From Piromyces finnis finn (taxonomy: Eukaryota; Fungi; Neocallimastigomycota), in contig MCFH01000054.1 in the NCBI GenBank assembly GCA_002104945.1, positions 321,863-385,862 on the forward strand: 64,000 bases of DNA, given 5' to 3'. Below the pieces are notes generated by a model, which was given only the letters and a program-made list of their open reading frames with translations, was not told where the DNA came from and searched no databases. Both the position numbers and the translations under genes were made by a program. This document shows positions 44,939-58,900 of the stretch, one piece after another (position 1 is the stretch's first letter; each line of letters begins with the position of its first letter).

Positions 44939-47900
44939 TATTAAATATTAATATATTCATACCTTAATAAAGAAGATTCTGGGTATTTACTATGAATTTT
45001 TTTAGCAACAGAAATATTGGCGAGTAACATAAATTCTTCGACAAGAGCATTGGTTTCTTTTAATTCCTTCATTTCTACATCTACTGGATCTTGAGAATCG
45101 TTTTCTAAATTGAATCTTACTTCTGGTGAAGCTAAAGTTAATGCACCAGCATCCAATCTCTTCTTTTTTAATTTTTTCGCTAAACCATTTAATATTCTAA
45201 TACTCTTTGTAATATTATCATTCATACGCCTTTATTAAATATAATATTAGGTTATAAAAATTAATTAAAAAGTTCATAATTAAAAAATATATAATTATAA
45301 TTATATTAAAATTATAATATATATATAATATAAATTTATTTATTTTTAATATGAAATATCTTTTTTCGAAATACTTACTTATCATCATTTCTATTTTGTG
45401 CTTCTTCATAAGTTAAGGAAGCTTTAGAACGAATAACACTCTTAGTGAAGTAAACATTAACAATTTCAGCATCAGGAGTTAATTCCCAAATACAAGAGAA
45501 AGCAAGACGGTCAACATTTGATCTTAATGAACATAAGTTTGTACCAAGAAGTTCTGGTAACATATCAATACGTTTATCAACCAAATAAACTGTAGTACCT
45601 CTCTTAGCAGCTTCTCTATCCATAGCAGTGCTTGGTCTAACAAAGTGAGTAACATCAGCAATATCTAAATATGATAATAAAAAAAATTAATAAATATAAA
45701 TTATTAAGAGGTATTACTAACTTTATTGAAATAACAATTACAACAATATTAATGGTAAAAAAAAAAAAATTTATTTATATATTTATTTTAATAATATAAT
45801 ATATAAAATGTATATATTTGTAAATATTCGTAATACTTACGGACACCAACTTCATAGTTTCCATTTTCCAAAGGTCTAACGTGAAGAGCATCATCAATAT
45901 CAGTACAACCTGGAGGATCAATACTACATATATCAAGATCACGAAGATCTTTTCTTTTACTTAATTCTTCTTCAGAAATAGTAAAGTTTTCACCTTCTGG
46001 AGGTAAGTCATTCAAAACTTGTTGTGAGAATGGCATGTAAGGAACATCATGTTCTAATAATAAAACTTCAGTTTCAGTATTACGATCACCAATATCACCA
46101 AGATCACGAACAAAGTGACCAAATGGATATCTTTAAAAAATAAAAAAAGGTTTTTTTAAAAATATGGAAATAGAGTTTAAAAATGAATAAATTTTATATA
46201 TGTATATTAAATTATTATTACTATTATCACATAAATTATGTTAATACTTACAATGAGTTTTTACTCCATGAATCAATAGCGACAACAATTCTCTTTCCCA
46301 TTAATGCTTCAGCTTGTCTTGTTCTAATTCTAATTTTTGGAATACGTCTATCCATTGAAATTACTAAAATATTTTGAGTAGCATTATGATTTGTAGTTTT
46401 TTGAACAGTGTTCTTATCAATAGAACCACAATATCTATTTAATTAGGTATATAAAGTTAATTGTTTAAAAATAATTAACCGTATAAGTTACAATATTATT
46501 TTACTGATATATATTATTATTTATATATAACTATCAATTTATACTTACTGTCTATAATGCTTTTTAATGATACCAACGACTTTACCAGTTGGAATTGGCT
46601 TTTCGGTGTAAGAAACTTCTTCGTTTTCTTTTTCTTCTGACTTTTCATTACCATCCTTCATAGTTTCATCTTCATTATTTTTTTCTTCTTCTTCTTCTTC
46701 TTCTTTTTCATCATCTATTATAATTAATTTATATATACAAGTATAGAATTATTAACATAAATTTGTTAATTATTTTTTAAACAAAAAAATATTAAAAAAG
46801 GTATTATTATTTTACCATTGGAAATAATTTTTGAAGCATTGGTTTTCCATTCTTCCTTTGGTAAAAGTTTTACGGCAACTGTATCACCTTGAATAGCACG
46901 ATTTAAACTACCTCTTCCAGAAATAAGGATTTGTGTTTCTTCACCATCAATATTAGCCATAATAGTACCTTCTAAATAATTATGCATACTAATATTTATA
47001 CTTCCTTGATATAATAAACCAGCCTTTAAACCACCCGAAATTTGTACTGGAGTCATATGCTATAATTGGATCGATTTTTTTCATTTTTAAATTTTATCAT
47101 ATTTGAAATAAAAAAAATATTTATAAGTTTATGCATTATTCATATTTAATTATTACATTATTTTCATTTAATAATTCAAAAAAAAAAAGTTTTTTTTTCT
47201 TGTTATATTACTTCTTCATAGGTGAATTTTTTATCATTGGTGTCATCTTCAGATGGATAAACTACCATATCCATTAGTTCTGGATAATCATCAATTTGTT
47301 CAACATATTCAGCCACTTTATCATTTACAGAGAAAATAAATGATTTTTAAATTAACATTATTTTAATAATTATTATGAGATTTAAAATTACACTTTTATG
47401 AAAATTCATTTATTTTCATTATATATTTAATTTAAAATAATTACTTGAACAAGCTTTTATTCCTTCTTGTTGAGCCTTTACTCTATTATCTTTATCATCT
47501 GAAATTAAAAGGACAGTAATTTGACCATTTGGATGTGTTTTTAAATGAATATTATACCACAAAGTAGCAGTTCTTATAGCTTTTTATTATAGTAATTGAA
47601 ATATTTTAAGCATAGGTGAGAAATACAAATTTTAATAAACATTAAATTTTATATTCAGTATAAAAAAGTAATATAATTATTTAATATCTTACCTCTATCA
47701 TTTCTATCATTCATAGTTTCATCCTTTAAACGTTCAATAGCAGTATGTCTTTTAATATTAAAAATAAAATTATTTAATATAATAATATAAAAATTTTATT
47801 ATAAATAACATTTTATCTCTTTTTATTATTTTTGAATATTTCTTCTTTATACCTATTATGTTCATTGGAAAATAGGTAGAAATGTTTTGGAACTTCTTCC

Positions 47901-49003
47901 AACAAAGTTTTTATTCTATTATAGATTTGAAGAGATCTTCCTCTAACTTCATCAAGTACGGTTTGTAAAACAATTACATTAGTAAATGCTACATGTTCCA
48001 TAATATCGATCTATTAGAGTTTGTTTTTATATGGTGATTATTAAATAAATAATAAAAATGCGTATAAATTAATACAAAATGTGATGAAATTCTGATTTAT
48101 ATTAAATTTCATATTTAAAAATGAGAGAAATTTATAATTTGTATTTTTTGAAATATATTTATGTATAGTTGATATAACAATTTATTTTATTAGATTGTTT
48201 GAAATTATTGTTAGTTGTTATTATATTATTAAATTTTATTAGATTTCATTTATATAATATCATTAATATCGAGATAATTTTTTTAGAAATTGACATTGCA
48301 AAATGAATAAATTTTTTTTTATTTTATTTTTATTTTTAAGAAAATAAAATTAGATGAGATTTCGAATTACAATCCTTAATTCCTAATGATTACTTTAAAA
48401 TATTTCCTTTTTATTTTTGTTTTATTATATTCTAATCCAAAGTTTAATAATGTTAAAAATTTCAATTGTCATGGAAATTCTCATTGTCATATATATCTAA
48501 TTTAATGTTTTTACTATATAGTATATTAAAATATATAAATTTTATAAAAAAAATATTTACTTGATGTAAGAATATATTGGTATCTGGTATAATGAGTTGA
48601 GGAAATTCTGATAATTTTGTTTTTCTTGGATTACAAGATAAATGAATTTTTTCTTGTTTACATTTTTCACAACCTTCTACTGAACACCAAATATCATCAC
48701 GAAGGTCTTTTTTCCCGTATTTTATTATTTATTTATTGTTATATATATGTATATTAAAATTTATTTCAATTAATATATTATATAAGAAATTAAGATTTCC
48801 AAAATTTCATTTCATTTTTTTTTTTTTCGAACAATAGTTTTATAAATTAAAAAATATAAATATTTATAAAAATTAATGTTAATATTTAAATATATAGAAA
48901 TAGATAATAATTTTAAAATTATAATGAAATTACAATGTTCCTTGATAACTTTTATAACATTTCCTTTTCTTGTACGTTTAACAAAAGTTCTTGACTTTAA
49001 CAT
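43598..49003 (-). CDS. DIS3: Exosome catalytic subunit DIS3/RRP44 (CR3-PIN-CSD-RNB-S1), multi-exon
   Basis: [76 protein letters not shown] catalytic motif [46 protein letters not shown] and [19 protein letters not shown]-terminal NLS-like KKRKV. Confidence 0.96.
44256..44297. repeat. (AAT)n microsatellite in a DIS3 intron
   Basis: About 14 aat units are visible directly. Confidence 0.9.
44837..44942. repeat. Interrupted (TTA)n microsatellite in a DIS3 intron
   Basis: A tta run with tac/tca interruptions. It produces the spurious poly-Leu ORF at 44779-44967. Confidence 0.9.
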
Positions 49004-49049
49004 TTTTAAAATATAAAAAATATATAATATTACTGTTTTTTTTTTTTTA

Positions 49050-49091
<42 letters not shown>

Positions 49092-49934
49092 CACAATTAA
49101 GTAATCTCTATCTATCTATAAAAAGAACAAAAAAAAAAGTACCTTTTTTTAAAATTTAAAAATTATATATTTAATATTTTAAAACTTTAAGAAAAAAAAT
49201 AAAAAAAAAAGATTCAAATTTTTTTTAAATTTTACCCAATAATGATTGGTTTAAAAATAAAAAAATATTAATAATACTAAAAAGGTGGTTACATATAAAA
49301 TTTTAATTTTTTTTATTTTTAAAAAGTGAAGAATTATTTTTTCATTAATTATAAAGAAACAAAGTGTTTAACTACACCTGAACTTTAAGAGTTTATAAAA
49401 TTTTAAAAGAAATAATTCATAACTGTTTTCTTTTTCTTATAATTAAAAATTATTTAACCTATAATTCTTTTTTTTTTATATATAAAAATTAAGAAAAATA
49501 AAATATAAATAATGAAATAAAGAAAAGTTAAAGCAAAAAAAAAAATATTACATTTTTTTATTTTATTTTTTTCTTTAATTTAAATAAATGTCATTTTATT
49601 ATTTAGATAGTTATTTCTTTCTTTTATACATATATATGGATCATTGTCAATTATAAAAATAAAGATTTTCAAAATTTCTCAATAAAATAAATTAAATAGA
49701 TAGTATAAATACACTTTGATTTGTATTTTTATTACACTTTAAATAAAATTTATGTTTTTTTTTTTTTATATTTGAATGATAAAAATATATTATTTCAAAA
49801 GAGAATAATATTTAGTATTTCATGTATCTTTCATTGTTTATAATAATTATTATTATTAAATTCATTTAATTTTTATTCCAATAAAAATTGAAATTAATAA
49901 TAAAAATGGTATCTATGTCTTTTTTTTTTTTAAT

Positions 49935-52900
49935 TTAATTTAATTCATGTTCTTTACCTTTATCATTTTTATCCTTTTTATTCAATTTATCATCATCTTC
50001 TTCCTCTTTGCTTCTAATTCTATTTAGTAAATAGTTGTGAAATTTTTCGGATTTATAGGTCCAATGAAAGTCGTTCAGTTTAGAATTAAAATCAGAAATT
50101 GATTCTTTCACAAAATGAGAACAATTTTCACCTGATGATTTACAATTTTTATGTTCTAATTGGATTAAAATATCTGAAAATTTTTTATGGGATTTAACGT
50201 TTGACGTTTCATGTATAGGATGATCGTCTAATTTATGAGAATGATTATTAATAGAATTAATAATAATATTCATGTTATCAGAATTGGACGTCAATAAATA
50301 GGGTATCATTTTATCCAATGTATAATTATTATAAATCGTCATTTCCTCCGATTCATTATTTTTATTTTTATTACAGAAAGAATGAGAAAGGGTAGTTGAT
50401 GAACAGGCAAAATTAAAATTAGAATTGGATTTTTTCGATGGTAATATAATGGATTTTCTTGAAGATTTCAACCTTAATTGCTCTTTAATAGGATTTCCAT
50501 GATTTAAACTTATTCTTGATTTCCTGTTTTGGGGGTATTCTAAAAATGTTCCATAAGATTTCGATGATAAGGATGGACTTTTAATATGATCAATATTGAG
50601 ATTGTTGATGCTGTTTCGAATAGAACTTGGTGATGTAGAATAAGAGGTGTTTGAAAGGGTGGGACTCTTCACAGAGTTAGATAAATTAACTTTCGATTTC
50701 AAAGAAATAAAGGATTTCTTTTTAATTGAAAGCTCAGATTTAAATTTTTTAATGATTTTATCGGTAATGTGATGAAGATGATGGCTTGTATTTTGATTTG
50801 GAATAATATACTTTTGAGTATCCTTAGTAATGTCATAAATATACTTTAATTGATTTTTATCAAGAATTTTAGAGTCTTCATCATGACTACCATTCAGATA
50901 TGTTTCACTAGCAATCGCCTTGACACTAGTACTTTCATTATTATTAGATGATATTAAAGAAATACTTTGGTCTGATTTATCTTTTTCAAGATTGGTTTCA
51001 ATAGTTTTATGGTTCATTTCATCTGTCAATTTGGTCTTTTCTTCTTTCTCTACATTGTCTGTGTCTGGTTCCTTGAAAGGAACCTTTAAAACTAAATGAC
51101 TTTCATTAATTTCTGACATAGGAAAAGCTAATGTGTTCTCCATTATTGCTTCATTATCATTCTTTCTATTTTCTTTTATTTTTTCAATTGTTTTTTCTTC
51201 TTTACTTTTGATTTCTGAGGTTGATTCAATAACATATTCATTAGAATTTGTAGTCACCTGTTTAAATTCCAAGGTAGTGTTGATCCTAGAATCTGTACTA
51301 TCATTTTGATCAGATTCATAGAGTTTCTCTACTTCCTGATCAATAAGCGAATTATTTTTCAACATAGCTTTATTTTGTTCGTAGATATTTAATATCTCTT
51401 TTGAATTATGTACAACAACATCTGATTCACAAATACTTTTAACAAATGAGGACTGAATCGAATAAATAATTTCGTCCAAATCAGATATACTTGATACCAC
51501 AGAAGACTTATCATTAATATTTGGAGATATTGGAGGATATCGAAAGACGGAAAGATCTGGATTATAAAATCCTATATTTGATTTCTCCGTCGTAGGCTCT
51601 GTATCTTCCAAAGTACTCGAGGATTTTATTAATGAATCGGTAGTAACCGATAAATTACTTTTAATTTGATCATCTGATAATTCACTAATATTCTCTTGTT
51701 CTTTTTGTTCTTTCTGTTTTTGGGTTTGCGCTATCACCTGAAGTCTTTCTTGAAGTTCTTTCATATCAATGGCATGACTTTTATTGATATCCATCATTAT
51801 TGTTTTTGGAACATTATTTTGTTCTTTATTATCCATATGCATAACAATTTTCAACTGACTTTGACTATGGGAGGATACTACTATTTTGGATTTTGAAAGA
51901 CTATTTTCAAATGGACTGGAATAGCCCTTACTACTACTATTAAATTCACTTCCACTAATGAGGGAATCGATATCTTTCAAAATAGGATAGTTGTTTTTGT
52001 ATTTTTCATCTTCCTCAACATAGTCATCATCCTCGTCATCCTTAAAACTCAACGATTTACCATTCTTTATCGAAGAAAGGAAACCATTTTCTGTATAATA
52101 TATAGGTGTGCCACTTTTCTCATGAATAACTATAGAAGAATTATTTACATCTTTTTCAATAAAAGTCTTTCGTTTATTTAATATAATATGGTCAAAGGGT
52201 TTAAATTTTGATTTTATATATTGGTTTAAGTTACTGGTACTGGTGTTTTGATTAATATGACACCTATAAAAACTATCTTCATGGTCTTTATTCATACTTT
52301 TCAAACTTCGAAGAGAAATCTTTTTAATTAATCGATTAGATTTGACATGAGCTGACGTCGATAGATTATGGTTATTCATAATTGCCGCTTTTTTTTTCTT
52401 CATATTAACTAATGCAACTGTAGTAGCTATATCAACTGTCTGTGATGAGCCAACTGGATTTACACTACTAGTTAATCCGGAGGAGTCCGTTGCAGGGGTT
52501 TCTGCTGTTACGATCTTTTGATCAAGTGGCTTCGATTTTATAGTTAAAGATTGATTTAGAAGGGAATTGGTTTTCTTCTTTTTATCTTTTTTACGATCAC
52601 GACGACGTTTAAATGAACATAATTTGAGAAATTTTAAATAACATTTTGAATTTTTTGCTTTATGTTTAAAAGAAGAGCTTGCTTTGTCTTTTCCTATAGA
52701 TTTATTAGAGATGGAACTATTAAGAGATTTATTAAGTTTGGAGTTTAAAGTATTTGTCGTTAAAGCTGATTCAGAAATAAGATTTGAATGTCTCGAAGTA
52801 TCACCAGAAATATCATTCGATGCTATGGAATAGGTTTCATTTTGAAATTTCATTAATTTATCATTGTTAAAGTGAGTTGGAATATGATCCTTGACTTGTT

Positions 52901-55900
52901 TTTTAAACGCATAGTTTTTAGGATTTGTATCCATACTACTGCTATCGTTATTCAATATATAGGATAGATCAGTGTCATTATCACGTACAGCAGGCGCTTT
53001 ACAAATTTCATATTTATTTCCTACATTAATAGAAAGGTATGATGTCTGATGACTAAATTCAAAGGAAGTATCATTAGTATTAAATGAATTAATTGTTGAA
53101 AGAGAAGGGGATGACATTTCATTATATTCTAAAAGGGAATTTTGAATACTTTCAGTAATCGAAGAACATCCCTTTTCAATTTCATCTTTAGTTATAGTGG
53201 TAGTGGTTAATGTAGAGAAATGATCCATAGTTCTATCATTATTTGTTATAGTGGAATGTACCGGGGTTGTTGTTTCAGATCTTTCAACACTTTTTTGTTG
53301 ATACGAAATTGATTTTGATGACAATTCGGATGGTATCATGGATTCTGATTCATTTTGTTCTGATATTATCGCGCCACTAAAAACTGATGGTTGATCACTA
53401 GCGCTCATGTTTCCTTTATTTATGAGAGATGATGATTGAAATGAAAGAAGGTCCAATGAAACTTTATCATTAGAATCTGTATGAGATGACGGATTACTTA
53501 ATTTTTCAAATAAATGTAATTCCGATGATGCATCATCAAAAACTGAATTATTTTTAGTAATATTATATTTTATTTTATTTTCAGGTTTAATAGATGGGTC
53601 ATTTAAACAGATTCTAGAAGAACATTGATCAATTTCTATTATCTTTTCCCCATTTATTATGTCTGGACTACTTTCTAATTCTGGTGTAGTTATTTTACTG
53701 ATATTTTCAAAGGAAAGAGAAGATACATTTTCATTTGAAGTAACATAGTTAGAGTTTTTATCATCATTCATTACACAAAATTCGTTCTTTAAATTCATCA
53801 TTAATGGACTTGTATGATTACTTTGGTTACTATTACAAAGTGTTTTAACAGATGTTATATGATGAATCTGAGTATTGATATTAGGCTGGGTATTGCTTGT
53901 CGTAACATTAATATTATAACATTCATTATTATTAGTAGTATTAACAGATGGTAATTGTTCCTGTGCTTTTGAATCGTTATTTTCATCAAATAAAGTTTGA
54001 ACAGACGCAATACGACCACTAGGATTAGTTAAAATAGTTCTACATTCACCATTTTTAAGAAAGCTTGGGAATGAACGTTTGCTAAGGTTAGAAAGACGTT
54101 TAACAGAAATGGAATGACCGGTTCTATTCTCCTTCTTATCTCCCCAATTTTTTTGTATTTCATCAGAAGATAATAATGTTGGGGTAAATTGGAAACAATT
54201 ATGATGAATATCATTGGAGGTTGACGCATCAACAACCATACCTCTGTCCTTTTTTCTTTCATAAATATAATGATCGTCATGTTGAAGAGTAATATCTCGA
54301 AGGTATAGAGAAAGTATCATAAGCGCTTTTCTTTTTTCCCAAGAGGTTAATGGATAAGTTATTGAAGGATAAATACTTTCTTCATTTACATTATCATCAT
54401 TTAAATAATAGTCAGAAACATGATCACTAAATAGTGATTTTTTTGATGGCATTTCTATCTCTTTCATTTGTATTAAATTAGTTAAACTGAAATGATTATT
54501 GAGATGAGATTCCTTGCAGTACGATTTTAAAAGTTCGCGTAGAATATCTGAGGATGGCATTTTGTCATTATACATAGAAAACTCTTGTGCATCTAAACTG
54601 TTTGCTATCTTTTCATGATGATATGGATCTGAAATTGATTGGTCATTATATCTTAGTAAACATTTTAAAGTATCTTCAAATCGGTAAGATTCCGCAGGTG
54701 GAATAAATGGGCATTGATATTGATATGAAAATATCGAGGTTGCATTTATAGATTGATGTTTACCAAATATTGGATCAATGAACTTTGTTTGCGAATTGTT
54801 TCTTGGAAATAATGTATAAGTTAATAATGGAGAACATTCAAGTTGTTCAGTATTCATGTAAGATGTTGATTTTAATGGTAATTTTGATAATGATATAAAT
54901 GAAAGTCGTTTTAATAATGGTACCTCACTATATATTTGATCTGACTGATGTTTTGCTCTTTTTTCGATTTTTTTTCTATTTAACAGTGTATTCTCATCGA
55001 GAGAGACGAATTTATTTCTTTCTTTTAAACATGATTTGGTTTCATTTTCTTTTTGTTCTGTAGTAGGGATGCACTCAACTATTAAAGGAGAATGAACATA
55101 ATTAGAACTAAAAATAGAATGACTTGTTTTTGAATAGCGCTTAGATCTGTAACTTGATGAATTTAAACTAGAAATGGATTTTGATCTTGTTATTGATTCT
55201 GGTTTAACTTTTAAACTTGAATTTGAATATAAATTTGAAATTGATTTTGATCTTAAAATAGTATTAGATTTTGATATTGACTGTAAACCCGTTATTGCTA
55301 TTATATTGTTTAAATTAGAATCTTTATCATCATATTTACTTTCTAAAACATTATTTACTTCTTTATTAGAGCTTTGCTCATTTTCCGATAAAATTATTAA
55401 TTTATTTTCCTGATTATTATCTTCTTGAATATTATATTCTCTTACATTACCTTTTGAATTTTTACTCTCAATATCCTTATTATCTTCATTATTCACACTA
55501 ATTTCTTTATTTTTACTTTCTTTTTTACTATTTCCTTTAGCACTAATAGTATCCTCTTTATTATCATTTCCATTAATACTATCATGTTTATTATTATTTC
55601 TCTTAGCACTAATAATGTCCTCTTTATCATCCTTTTTATTTTTATGCTCTTTATCATCATATTCCTTTACGTTATCGTTATTTCCTGAATCTATTTTTTC
55701 TTCATTATTTTTTTGAAAATCATTTTCACTTTTTTCTAAATCTTTCAACTTTTCAACTCTATTTTCTAATGAGTTACTTTCTGAATTGGATTGATAGTTT
55801 TGTATTGATACATTAGTTGTACAGCTAGGTATATTTTCAATTATTCCGGGAGAACCTATATGGTTCACTGTAGAAATGCTTGTTGCAGCATTTAAATTAG

Positions 55901-58900
55901 GGATAGATTTTTGTAATTTCTCTTTTATTGATGAGTTAGTGGTTATAATATTTTGATCATTCAAAGAAAGTTTATGATTATCTTTTTCCGAGGTAGGCGA
56001 AGGCGGTATTAGTGATGTAGTTAATTTTGCTTCTGGAATGATCATGGATGAATGTTCATAGTCGTATTGAGAATTGGTTTTGTGATGAGAAATAGAAGAT
56101 GCTATAGATATATAAGAGGAAGGATTCTCAGAAGCAAAAGATAAAACTGGATTTAAATTTGATTCTGAAATAATCTCTTCTTCTACATTTATATCATCGT
56201 CATATTCCTCAGGTGGTTGACAGTAATAACATCCATAGTCAACATTAGTAAAACGATATGGATTATTATCTTCTTTAACAGATTGATTTCTGAAAACAGG
56301 AGGATTGTACCGTAGACTTTTATTGTTTCTATAGTTAATTGATGCATGATGTGCTAGTAATGGTGGTTGAGGCGATGAAGAAGAAAATAAATAGGATTCA
56401 TCATGACAAGCTAATCTTTCGAAAGATGAAGAATTAGTATTGGAGCATATGGTTGAATTTGATAAAATTGAATCAGGATTATTCTCAGGTGATACTTCCT
56501 GAGAATAGGATTTAAATTTATTTTGTTTGATTGGTAGGGTATAATTAATGTTTTCATACGAAGTATAATTTGATCTTGGATAGACACGTCTGTATGAAGC
56601 TGAACGATTCAAACCATAATCATTTCTTGAATTGGTTTTTAAAGATGAAGAATGATTCAAGTAATGTTCATTCGAATTAATTAAGTACACAGAATCTAAT
56701 GAAGAAGAAGAAGTGGTTGAAATTGAAATAGAAACATCTTTTTCTGATGGTAAAGAAACTAATTGATTACGAGAATTAGAATGATGTGGACTAAATTTCA
56801 TTGAAGAATGCCGACTAATACTTGGTTCAATCGATCCTAATCGACTACTAAAATGATAATGAGAAAGTTTACGATATTTTTCGTATATCGATTGACAATG
56901 ACTATCAACACTATTATGATAGTGTAAAGAATTATCTTGATGTCCTTCTCTACCATACAATATTCTCTTATCCAAATCATCAAAAATTAATGATGAAAAA
57001 TTGTTAGTATTTATATGTTCATTATTAGAAGATTCCATTGTTGGACATTCAGTAAGTGCCTGCTCTCTAATATTTTCCTCCTTTGAAATATTTTTTGATA
57101 ATAATTCATTGATTAAACCTATTTCTTTTTTATTTGATATCTGGATAAAATCAGTTGAGATTGCAGAACGATTTTCTCTCTTTTCTAAAGGAGTAAGTAA
57201 TGGATGACGACGTTGTCGACGAAGTTCTTGTAAACGTTGATTACGTATTTCATAACTATTTTGGCGCTGGATCAATTGATCTGATAGATGCGTCTCATAC
57301 AAGAAATTTGAGTTATTTTGATAAGTGTTTGAAAACCCTTTATTATGATTCTCTATAAATGGAAATTCTTCTGATGTTCCTTGCTCAATAATTGGATCAG
57401 TTGTAGTATTCATTAAAAATTCATATTCATTTAATTTATTTTCTTCTATATTATTAATGGATTCTAGTGGCTTTATGCTAATATTGTTAATCCTTTCATC
57501 TAAATCAGAGTTTTCTTTTGTGAATTGTTGAATATCCTTATCAACATATTGTTTATCATCTTTAGTGGGTATGTAATTTTTATTTTCAGAACTAGATTCA
57601 TTTAAAATAGGATTCTTTAATGATTTGTATGAATTTGACTGTATTTTATTTTGCGGAATAGCTTGAGAATCAGGATTGGGTGAAGTAAAAGAAGATAAAA
57701 GGAATGACGATGTATTGAAAGGAATAGAATTAGAAGATGTACGTGATGGAATAACTTGGGAATTTTGTTGCAATATCATAGATACTGAATTATTGCATGA
57801 ACAATTATTGGTCGTATAATTCTCTATATTTGATAATGAATTAAGAACATCTTCAGAAAAACTATAATATGGATCATCTTGAGTAATATCAGGTTTTATT
57901 ATTGAATGTCTAACATGCTCCTGATTACGATTTTCCTTATAATCAAAGCTTGAATTTATATTATTTAAATTTAGATGTGGTAAATTACTTGAATTAGATG
58001 ACGATAATGAAGTATTAACAAATTTTGGTTTGGAACAATGTATAGAATTATGATGAATACTATTATTTAACTTTTTTAATTTATTATTTTTACTAATTTT
58101 TGTTCGATTAAATCCCATTTTTATTTTTATTTTATTTTTTTTAGACTTTTCTTTTTGGCAATTCGTTTTACATTTAATATCTGATGATTTTGTAATAATA
58201 GAATCGGTATTTGCTTCTAATTCATCATCATTCTTTATTTCGTGATTTACATCATTTATGTCGTTTTTATCATTATTCTTATTACGAAGTAGTATTTTTA
58301 CATATGACTTTCTCTTTTTCTTTTTTTTATAACTAGAATCAGATTTTTCTGAATAGTTATCATTTTTCTTTAACGAATTTTTAAATTCTGAGAAAAATGA
58401 TGAAAATGATACGGTATCCATTTTTTTCTTGTCTTTCTTTACAATTGTTTTGAATAAATTCATACAATTTGATTCATTATTAGTTGCTGCTGTTATTGGA
58501 GTAGTCCTTGAAATTAGCTTTGCATTAAAAAGATCTGATATTATTGAAAAACTTTTATGTTTCTTTTTTAATGAGGCCTTGGACGAATGAATTTGATTCG
58601 TTTGTGAAAATGAGGATGAAAAATGAACAATACTTGATCTATTGGCATCATTAGAATCTAAAGAAGGTGGAATATCAGTTTCATTTAAATTTATCAAAGA
58701 ATAATAATGTTTTGAATTATTAATATTTATTGGTTTAGGAGTGGTTTGAGATATTGAAGGTAGTGATAACGAATGATCTTTTGATAAAATTGGTATAGTT
58801 AAATTATTACTGTATAAATTATTAGATATAATACAGCTATTATTTACAGCAGGAATTTGCGTTTGCTCATTAGTTTGTGGTGTAGCTGTGTTAACATCAA